Shown here piece after piece: positions 48,395 to 58,826 of a stretch of 64,000 nt of DNA. Every line of letters starts with the position of its first letter. Positions within the stretch are counted from its first letter, which is position 1. The position numbers and the translations under genes are program-made. The stretch is from Raillietiella orientalis (Eukaryota): NCBI GenBank assembly GCA_036172245.1, contig JAYWIR010000111.1:1-64000 (forward strand). Reading direction: 5' to 3'. Under the pieces are notes generated by a model. That model made no database searches. It was not told where the DNA came from and saw nothing but the letters and a program-made list of their open reading frames with translations.

Positions 48395-51091
48395 ATTAAA
48401 TCCCCGGGGAAGGCCGTGCACAAGGAACTCCTCGCAGAACACGTGGACCGAAACCTTCATGCGGTCCCAGTCTTTAAGTTTCCGGAGGATGAGGCCTCCC
48501 AGTACTTTGTGAAGATCTTTCTCCGCACCTGAGATGCGCGTCCAGTCCCCGGGCAGACGCCACGCCCTGGATGGTGGTCCTCTGTAGCGAGGCATAACCT
48601 CGAATATCAACCGGATTTGGTCCGATAGCGTCGACGGAAGTTTCCCTCGTCTACCGACCCGTGGGCACAGGTCGGCGTCAAGGAAGACGTGGTCTACGCT
48701 TTGGACCATTTCCGGTAGATCCACCAAGAAGTTGCGCGTGCGCATAGCAGCGCACAGCTCGTTAGATGCGTATTTTTGCTTGCACGGCACACCTGTGAGC
48801 AGGAGGATGTTGAATTCCCCACCGATCAGATGCACTTTGCGTACGTTTGTATCCGCCAGCCAGTCGCGCTACAGGGTTTCGAGGAACAAAGAACGTTCCC
48901 CGTACCCGCATCCTCCGCTTGGAGCGTACACATTGGTCACGACAAGGTCGATCGAGTCGGACCACCTAAGGATGAGCTGGCCAACCCGACTGTCGTTCTC
49001 GAAGCGAACGTCCTTGACGAAGGCGGCGACTGATAGCTTCATAAAAAAGGCGACGCCACAGGTGTTGCGAGCGCCGCATTGCTAAAACAGACGACCCCCT
49101 GCGATCCTCTCGATCTCCTGGGCGTTCTCCGCGGTGATCACGTGGATCTCCTGCAGGAACGCCAGGTCGAAGTCACGCAGGGTGTCGGCCGTATCCCACC
49201 TGTTGCCGTCGTCGCGCAGCCCTTTGACGTTCCAGCAGGCTATGCGGGTCCTACGGCGATAGGCGAGCCCAGGTGTTAATCCTGGGAAAGTGGCAATGGG
49301 GCTCCCGTCACCTTGTCGTGCGGGACTCTAATAGGAGGAGGTGCGTCGCGCACCGCTTGTCCCTCCTCCATGGGGGCCGAGTGTTCGTCAGGGACGTGCA
49401 GAGGAAGGGGGGTTTCACCCACCTGTACTTCTTCCTCCATGAGGATAGCCAGCTGCACGGTGTCGAGAAATCAGGGATTCCCACCCTCGCCTCCCATGCT
49501 GCCGTCTTCCCCCTCGGGTGCCAGTTCATCCTTCTCCTTCTTTATCCGTATGCGCCTCCTGGGATTCTGGGACTTGCTCTGTAGTCTTCTTTGCTGGCGC
49601 ATCCGTTGAGGAGGACACACTTCCGGCATCCGATTCGGCCTCACCTGCATCCGGAGCCTTCCTCGCGGGCGGCCGTCGTAAGCCTTTCCTGGAGTTCTTC
49701 TCACGGCCTTGCAGTTCTGCCTCGAGTTCTTCCACTGCCTGCTGGAAAGCGGCATCCCCGATCGCGTCAGACGCGGCGCGCGGTTCATCCTCTGTTTCCC
49801 CAGAGGGTTCGCCATCGACCGTCGCGGCTTCGGCGGACGCGAGGGAGGAAATTGCTCCCCCGGGAGCGGCATCGAGTGCCTCCACACGCTCTTACTTTAT
49901 CGAACAAGCGCGAAGTTTTTCGCGGCACGGGTTTTTACGCTGCGTTTTTGTTTTCCCTGCGCTTCGTTCGGTACTCCAATGCTTTCTTCGGGGCTGTACC
50001 GTCTGTCGGCCTTCGCCGTCGTTAGCGTCGTCGGGAGTGCTCGAAATCGATGTTTGCTGGGATGGCTTAGAGACTGGCATCTGGCTCCTTACGGCCTGCT
50101 TCATGTTATTCGTCTCTCTCGCCCGTTTCCCCTTTGCCTTTTTGGCAGCGGGAGGGAGCGGGATTTCTTGTCTTGGGCACACATTGCGGACGTTGCCCTT
50201 GTTTCCACATAAGTGGCATTGGATGTTAAGGCACCGTTTTTTTTAATTGCCCTGTAGCATCGCAATGGCCACAATATTTGGTCTTTCTCAGTTACCAAAC
50301 AACGAATATTTCCTCGCCGATATTTACTTTGTGGAGAAACCCACCATTCTCTGGTAGTGTGACGCGGGCAGCGGCAATCCCACTGAAGAGCCTTTCGTAC
50401 GTTCGGAAGACATTGGGTTCGGCCCAATACGCGGGCACATTACTGTGTTTTGACAACTCCTCATGGACACTGGTTTTGTCCATTCAAAGTGCTAGGCCAG
50501 TGAGGTGGACCACGAAAGAGCGGTCCTCCATCACAGAAAAGATAATGCGGCCGTCCACCGTAATGGGGGTGTTTAGCAGGCGCTGCACTAGACTCGCTTC
50601 TCTGCAAGTCAGCTCAACTCGCTGGCCCCCACTAAGGACCGAGAGGCCCTCGATGTCTTCCTCTCTCACATTTAGTCTTTGCAGCTCCATTTCAAAGAAG
50701 CGTGCAATTTTCTAGTCGAGCACACTGCCTACCTTGTAGATCCGCGACGGTTCTTAACCGCTGTCCTTGTAGGCAGTCTGCTGCGCTACTGCAGCCGGGG
50801 ATGGTGCAGCAACGACAGCACTTCAACTCGTCGCCGCTGGCGAAGAGGGTCGCGAAGGGGCGGCTGCCCCCAATTCCGATGGGGCAAGCGCCTTGGATTC
50901 CGTGAGGGCGGACGCCCCCACATTCATGGTTGCTGGAGAGCAAGTCGCCTCTTCTCCCTCAATTTCCATCGCGGTGTCCTCAGGCATTTCTGCCATGGGG
51001 CACCGGCGCTCCTACACACCAGACAAAACCTCCGAAATCCTTCGCACTAACTAGACTGCTGAGCAATGCAAACCACCTCTGCTCCCTAGAA
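48395..51091 (-). mobile_element. Element H: decayed 5' half (ORF1 and APE)
   Basis: ORF1 remnants 50484..50690, 49526..49885 and 49276..49458; APE remnants (GEFN, VDH) in ORF 48221..48835. Confidence 0.85.
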
Positions 51092-51756
51092 GGACACGGG
51101 GAAGTGTGTGTGTTAACTGTATAGAGTGCGGGGAAAAGGAAACCTTCCCCCACTTAATCATCGATCGTGTTTCCCTCCGCGTGATGTGGTACTGACTCTC
51201 TTCGATCTTGAACATTCCGGTGGGCGATCCCAGGAACATCTTCAGACGCCTCCTTATGCGGGACGCCTTGAGAACCTCTGGGTGTGTAGCAGTTCTCTGT
51301 TGCATACGTGGAATCCTGTACAAGTGGACCGCGTGACGGAGAGGCCGGACCAGTCGGAATGCCATTCACTGGGCAGCCATCTCCTTAGAGAAGGCCTGCT
51401 GTTGGCGCCTACATCGTCAACATTTACCGACACTGGTTTGCATCCGGAACCGGATGCAGAGGTCTCCTCACGGCGTACCGTGATCCCCTCCTCTCTCCCC
51501 CCAGCCCAGAGAACATTGCCCCCCAGGCGTTTTCTTTTTTTTGTTTTAATTTTGTTTTTCTCGCCCCTGCATCTGTGCAAATTACCTTATAAGGCTGCGA
51601 ATCGGTAAGAAAAAGTGCCATAAGTACGACAAACACAAGTATGCTGAGGAAAAAGACAAACATTATGAACGAAAGACTTTATTGTTGAATTTTTTTCCTT
51701 CTCATGATTGTGAAAGAATTTTAATAATAAAAACCCCGGCTCACCCGGTTGAAAAA
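51092..51756 (+). mobile_element. 3' end of an element (CCHC finger, 3' UTR, hairpin)
   Basis: TRGSVCVNCIECGEKETFPHL; hairpin CCCCGGCTCACCCGGTTGAAAAA at 51734-51756; similar to 3345-4010. Confidence 0.83.
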
Positions 51757-52780
51757 CCTGAAGATTACCTGCCACCGAAGTACTTGAAGTACCTCACCAT
51801 GGGAATCCTTAAAAGGACTTAGTCCTGCTGTTCTGTCCACGCCGCTCCAACTGGCATTACGGACGTCTGAGACCGCAAGAGCTCCCTCCCCCACCCAAAC
51901 ATCTGAACCTCTGCCGGCGCACGCACCAGAATTTCATCTACGCACCAAGCCCTTTCGTTTTTCGAGCTGTAATCAGGTGAAAGCGTAGAACAGTTTTGCC
52001 TCCATGCTTCGCCCGAAAACAGCATATGTCTGTTCCGGTTTGATGAAGTCGTTTGCAACACGTCCCTGGCGCTTTGCCTAAACTTTTGCTGGCAACCTGG
52101 TGTCCGCATACACTATTGTGATGGGCCGCCAGTTGTTCATGCTCGTTACATCTTCTTCCTTAAGAAGGAGCCGCATCCTTGCCGAACGAAACGATGTTGG
52201 AATGCCACTGTCTCGTGTATCAGCAAGGTGAGTTGATGTACCGGGGTGGTAAGCTGAGCCGCGAAACTTTGATGGAACTCCGCGGACAGGCCATCCTTTT
52301 CTGGAACCTTGCATTTCTTACGCTTTTCCATGACCAAGAATATCGCTTCTATCCTGAAGGGCTCTTCGAGGAAATTTTTTTCCTCTTCCCTGATCGCTGG
52401 AGCGCGTTCTGGGCTCAGGCCACTAGGGAGACGTTCTTGCGTACAGGGAGTTATAGAAACACCGCAGGAGGCCGCGGATTTGAGCGGTTGACGAGTACTG
52501 TTGTCCCTGTTCCTCCAGCAAGGTGGCTGATCTGGACTGCCAGGTTTTCCTCTCGGCTCCCGCTTTGTATTCCGGTAGCCTGCGGATGTCGGCGGTCCTG
52601 GCGTAAGGTCAGGCCTGTAGATACGACCTTTCGTATCTACAGGCCGTATGTATCCGTTTCCGGAGGGGGCAGTTTTCAAACTTCTATGGGTTGAGGAGAG
52701 CAGGTCATCTCCCCTTCACCAATCGCCATTGCGGTGTCCTCAGTTATTTCTGCATTTAAAGACTGGCGATGCCACACATA
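51757..52780 (-). pseudogene. Highly decayed element with internal deletions (ORF1 start, linker, RT pieces)
   Basis: EDTAMAIG, AERQTWQS-like sequence, NNWRPITIV and VMPVGAAWTEQQD remnants. Confidence 0.75.
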
Positions 52781-52939
52781 ACGCGAACTTAACAACTGCA
52801 TTTCTCTGACCAGTCCGCGGGGCGATGCGAAAGCACGTTCACCCGCTATAAGTACGCTGAGCAGAGTAAGCCCTGAAAATGCCTGGTACGGGGATTGGGA
52901 TTTACCCCCACATGATCGTTGATTGTCCTGCACTTAAAC

Positions 52940-53452
52940 ACTTTTGGGAATGACTCTTGAGATCCCGGTTGACAGCCTTCCGAGAGTCATTTTTCGGCTC
53001 TTCTTCGTGCAAGATGCCCTGCAGCCAACCTTTGCTGTAGGAGCGCTTTGCTGCTTCCCCGGTATTGTTGCTGCGTGGTGATGATGAGACGAAGAAAATG
53101 ACTACGACAGCAACGTGATCGAGTATGCAGCTCTCTTCTTGTGAACAGCAACTCGTTGGCCCCATCTATAAAGAAATATGCAAGAGGACCTCGAAGGCAT
53201 CCTTCAGTGAATGGACCCTGCACCAAGTAATCAGTGATTTCTTATCAACCCTTCAGAGATGTCTTTTTTTTTCATTGTGGTTTATTATTCATTTTGCTTT
53301 TTCCCCCATCCACTACCGCTGCGAAGGAGAGTCTAGTCGTTCTGCCCACCAACGAACCTCCAGGTCTGTTGTTGTGTTAGCTGTAGAGTGAACCTTGTAC
53401 TGAATCGGCTGTTCCGTTTATAGTAAATTCCTTGCTGTGACCGGGTGGCAAC
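52940..53452 (+). mobile_element. Decayed 3' end (GGCAAC tail)
   Basis: KRTSKASFSEW region homologous to other ORF2 ends; terminal TGACCGGGTGGCAAC. Confidence 0.7.
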
Positions 53453-54560
53453 ATGGAAACGCCAGTTCCGCATGGTCTTTGTCACCTTGTTGCAAACAAC
53501 GAAAGCAATCCTACAGGCATTCTAGGGCTTTGCCGTTAACTGGACGTCCCGCCTGAGCGACCGGCGAGATCGGCGGCTTGCTGTTCGGTGAGAGCGTGTG
53601 TCTCAAGCAACAGCACCAGATCGAACTCGCGCAAGACGTAAAATACAAACTTCCCATTATCATTGTCCTGCAGCCCGTTGACGTTTCAACAGGCCATGTG
53701 GACGCGACGGAAAGATGCAAGCCCACTCATTACTGCTGCAGACATGGCAGAGCTACCTTATCCCCGTCCGGCGAGGCATCAGCCTGAAGCACGGCATAGT
53801 GGGGGGTGCAGAAGCACTCGTTCTTCCCCACGCCACTTGCGGCTCTCTGGAGTCGAGGAGAATCGCCTTGGACTTAAGAGTATCGGGAACCGTTCCCGGC
53901 ATCAGGTTTGCTCCAGGAAACTTTGGGCTTGCGCGCAGCCTAGGGTTTCCCGTGGGCTTGAGGAACCAGAATCGCTGCTGACGGACTTGCTGCCATGGGA
54001 CTCAACCTCGGAGTAACAATTTCGTGTGCATGATAGACGTTCTTTCTACCTACTCTTTTGCTGTCAGCCTGTACCTGCTCCAGCATTCAGCGAGGTTGCC
54101 GCCGTCGCCTATCCCGATTTCAACGTCTCGGCGTCGTCTAGTTCCCTTTCGCTGCGGGCGACAGCGGCAGCGCACATGACCGCAGCGGAGACTTTTTCTT
54201 GCGAATTTCTTGATGCACGGTGCTGCCTCCTCACTCCGCCTACCTCTCTGATGAGGAAATGGGAAGGATCTCTTGTCTTCCACTGTTTATTCTTTTCCTT
54301 CACAAGAGTCCAACCGTATTCATCGTTCTCTATGTTGCCTCGGCTTAATGCAAAAGCTGCAGTATCTTTTGCATCCTTTCGAGGTCCTCCCGCTGGGCGA
54401 TAGGGGCCAATTTCTTCCTCGCCACCTTTGCCTTTTGTATCTCTTTATCGCAAGGTACGGGCAAATTCGAGCAAGGTTTTGCAGTCTTTCCCACGTATCA
54501 AATCTCTGCGGACGGACTGTCTTCACTTTTTACACTTCAAGGAAGTTATATGTGAGGTAG
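53453..54560 (-). pseudogene. Highly decayed ORF1 C-terminus and APE N-terminus at the cluster edge
   Basis: CAGCAG-TAATG junction at 53728-53732, then NVNGLQD and EFDLVLLLETH; eroded knuckle (NLARICP). Confidence 0.7.
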
Positions 54561-55401
54561 ACAAGAAAAGGATACGCGTATGGTGCGTCTTCCTGTACTT
54601 TGTTCAGACTGGAAATGTAGAATTCTATGATGAATTTGCTGAATGGAAGGCAAAGTTTGTGCACATAAGTTCTTGCAAACGGCGTTTGAAATTCATTTGA
54701 AGATTGAATACAGGTATTTTCGAATACTGCTGATAAAGATGGTGTGAATCGCAGTGCAGATTAAGTGCAAAGGAAAGAGTTGAAGGATGAAATGCACAGA
54801 AGCTAGAGATGATTATGGTGATGTTAACTGTAAATAATCGTTGGTAGTGGTGGCGGATGATGCCTATTAATGTTATTGTAAACAAAACTCCATAAGAGAG
54901 ATAGATAATGACGATAAAATATTGCTAGTGGAATGTTTGACATTATGATAACCAATGAACTAATTAATAATTTAAGTAGATCTCTAATTAGATAGTTTAA
55001 TTTGAGTTTCAATGTTCGACATTATATCAACATCCTTAAACAAACCAGTTAACTATTTATCACAAAATGCAAGCACCTAGTTGTTACGAGTACAATTAAA
55101 TAAAGAAAACCAAACTTTTAAAAGGTAAAATTTAGGCAAATCAGAAAATCAAACCCATATTAAAATAGCACAAACACAAGAAATATAGCATTTATATCTT
55201 TGGAATTGATCAGTTTTGTGTGCTATGCGGAATCCTGAATGTATATGAGGATAGAAAAAGTCTACTTACTTGTGCTCTTATAAAGAAAGGATATCTATGC
55301 AATGAGTCTTTTATTCAGGGTTATTCAAATTTTCAAGAACAAAAAACAGCAAAATGCAAAGACTTTATTCTACACTAATCAATTAATAATAAGACTTCTA
55401 G

Positions 55402-56203
55402 TCATTTAAGCCCACTCAACTTCACAGTAACGAGTGTTCCAGGACTCCATGTGCATCGTAGTTTGCCCGGTACAGGAAGCACATTCCGGCCTTGATGTAG
55501 CCTGAAAAATTTCCACGCTTTTGTTCTCAATCGAAAACTTTCCATTGTAATCGTGCCGAGCATTCGAAGAATACAACACCCTGCTTCCGCAAAGTACATT
55601 TCTTCGAGAAGATATGAGAAAGTAGGCGCATGGAAAAGTTTCAAGCAACAAATTGCAAACTCAAACCCTCCGAAACATTCCTCAAACCTGTTGGAATTCA
55701 GCTGAAGATTTCAAATGAGCCAGCTGCACGCATTCCAAAAAGGTATTCGCGATTAAACACTCTGTATAATGAACACAAAGCAACCTAGGCGATTTCTATT
55801 AACTAATTTCAAAGAAGCCATGCACAGCAGTGAAACTCATAAGGTAATAAGGAATCTATTCCAATGCGGGTAGAATCAAAACATTCCAAACTAGAAATAA
55901 GAGTGCTCAAAAATACATACGTTTCAACACTCTGAGAATAAGTTACAGTACAAGAACGGTCTGGTCCTTCAAGGAAGAAATTAATCTGCTCACTTGCACC
56001 AGGACCTTCCACCTGAAATCAGAAAGAAATTCGCACTTCAGGTAGAATTGGCTCACCTCAATGTCGGTACTGCATAGACCTTGACGTCTATTATGTCTAT
56101 CATTAGTAAGCTGTACATCACAATCAGTTAGAGTGTAGTGAAAATAAAGAGAACACGGCCCTGTCAGATGTGTAAAGTACAGCTCTTCTTCAATAACTCT
56201 CTC
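55402..56203 (-). CDS. Last three predicted exons of an unidentified intron-containing gene
   Basis: Exons 56203-56057, 56012-55921 and 55687-55402 splice in frame using GTGAG..TTTCAG (44 nt) and GTATGT..AACAG, ending in TGA. No homology recognised and no start codon found. Confidence 0.5.
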
Positions 56204-56459
56204 CTGAATCAAACTAAGGTTCTTACAAAGAGAGAAACATTCGGTTCCACTAGTAGAGAATAGAACAACAATGGAAACCTACAAATTAAAAATGCTCAGT
56301 TAATTGAAAACATCATGAAAAAATTCAGAAACAGTTTGCGCAACGCTACGTTAGAGCATCTTGAAGCATAGCAAAGATTGATAACACGGCGAAAGGTCGA
56401 AGCAACTGAGTCAAGAGCACTTCTACGAGCGGCACGAACCCACAAAGGATCACGAGATA

Positions 56460-58826
56460 TTTCGGTTGAGCGCATTCCATGCAACTGTAAACATCCAATG
56501 GGCATTCCATCGGGAACCTCATCGGACATGAAAAACACGAAAACATTCGGTGAACGACGTCGAAATTCGCAGAAAACGACGAAAAAACATCCCGGATACC
56601 TGCATATGAAGAGGAGACAACACACGAAAGCAATGCGACATTGAATGCATCGAAACCTAAAAAGGGAGGACAAAACCATCACTTTCCAAGTATGCAGACT
56701 CAGCACCCGTACGCAAGCGCGTTCGATGGACGGAAGAATGCCGAGCGGGCTCGTGCCTCTCTGAGGGTCGAAGATTACGTTCACTGGATCCGCGACTCCG
56801 CATCCAAATTTATTCGAATCTACGCCAGAGCCTTCAGTGAACTACAAGCAGGGTTGCCGCGGAAACGAGCATGGTCAGAAAAGGGACACTGCGCAGTCAA
56901 GCAGATTCCGCAAAGAGTAAGTTGACCATGTCTGAACTTCGGAGCACACGTAACCGCAACAAAAACGCCACTCCACTTTCCAGACGCGCAAAGGAGCAAT
57001 CACTTCTTGAGAACGTACCACGGAGCTAAACTCCATCGAGAAACTCGGCACAGATTGAAAAAATTCTGTTATGCGGCGCGATGAACGCACGCAGAAACGA
57101 TGTGGCGCTTCGACGGAAGCATCCACGGAAAAGCAACGCGCGCAACCCAGAGGAAACCAGACCACATCCTTCCGCAATCGACATGCCAACGAACCGAGAG
57201 CTAAAGAAACGCTCCATTTCCCTCAGTTGTACGATGAAAGTAGACAGCGCGACGCCCGATACAAGAAGCCGCACGCATGAGGAGGAAACGTGGTATGACC
57301 AGGGATGCAATGCCTCTCTCAAAGAATGCTGCTTACGATGGTGAACAAGATGCGCCACAGCATGCTGCTGCCTTCCAGAGCTTTACACGGGGCGAGTCGT
57401 TTCTTGAGCGCTGCACTCAAGAGACGTTCGAACCTTCTCCAGCATTTATACCGACTTACGCACATTGCCAACCAATACCAGCCATGGTGAACACCTGGAA
57501 CCGCACGAGTCAAATGTGTAGAACACTCAACGCTCTCGGAAGCATCGCATCGCAGTATCGGTGATGCAATCCTAAAGGACGGGCAGCTGCAGGAACGTTA
57601 GCTGCAAGTCAGTGCAGCGAAGCAGCGTTACAAAGCTGCGTTTACGATGATCGGCAAAACGCCGTGTAAAGGCACGGATCACTGCAGCCTACCGATCCGC
57701 GAGCCAAAACGGCAAAGAAACACTTGTGGTACACCGAGAATTCTTCCACCGATTGCTGTTGCCACAGTTGTTTCTCACAAGAAATACCTGCGAATCAAAT
57801 GATGCGAAGCGAACGATCTCCGTATCGTAATGAAAAAGGGCCTGGCATGTTGGGATCGACAACTACATGTCCACAGGAATAAAGGAACTTGAAAGACCAA
57901 CAAAAAGCAATGGGAGATCGCAGCGGTTTTTCTGCTCACTAGGGCTGCGATGCGTGAATGATACTAGTCGATTGAGCGCTGCACGAGAGGATTTTCTTGA
58001 ACGAAGACATCCTATCAGACTTTCGCTACGCTCCAAAAACGTACGTCCCTAACGAGTCTAGTTCGCTTTTCGGAATTCTCGCAAAATCTATATCAATAAT
58101 AATGTGGATCCTTCTCAGCTGCGTCGTCTGTCATCCAACACAAGTATGCGGAATTTCTCTTGCAAGTAGGATGATTATGTAGAGAGTGGAAGTGCACGGA
58201 ACTTACATGAAGGCCGTCAACTTTCAAGCAGAATTTGCGGGAATTACGGGATTACGCTTTTTGAACTGCGATCGCTGTTTAAATGCAGAAGCTGTGAAGG
58301 GAAGCGTTCACTGAATGGGACGGAGTCTTCCATGAAGTGAGTCACATGGTAGCTTTAACCGCAAGCACGAGTTGCATCGCGTGACAGTTGAGAAACAAGA
58401 TACGCCAAGCTTCCTCCGTGGACCAGTTGTCAGTCCATTTGTTGTCCTCTGCACCCCCCATGCTGCTGTTTTTGAGCGCAAGCAGCATGCTGTTGGCGAG
58501 GGAGCAGAAGATCTCCTACAAACTGCCAATTCTGGCCTAAAAGAGAACGCCCGTTACGGATGCTTAGTTCAAGATTCTCTTAAAGAAAAGCGCGTGCTTC
58601 GTTCCGCGATGACGGCGCATTCCCTTTTGAAGGAACAAATCGGAACTAAAGAAATACGGAGAAACCTTCGAGAGTAGAGAGAACTCGATCGAGATCAAAA
58701 GAGGAAGAAGAGACTTGGTGGGGAAAAACGCTAGAAAAAAGAAAGTCGTCGTTCGAGAACGCACAAAGGAGAGGATAAAGTTCCTGAACACGGTAATGAT
58801 GGAGAACCCCGACAGCTGGATGGGCA
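56460..58826 (+). repeat. Left arm of a large inverted repeat (may extend further left)
   Basis: Reverse complement of 61629-64000; mirrored ORFs, e.g. 58372..58677 (+) and 61778..62083 (-). Confidence 0.95.

Noticed and set aside
3345..53452. Hairpin motif as CRISPR repeats, integron attC sites or DNA-transposon terminal inverted repeats
   Set aside because: It is irregularly spaced, always at retroelement 3' ends after AATAAA, and there is no cas, integrase or transposase gene.
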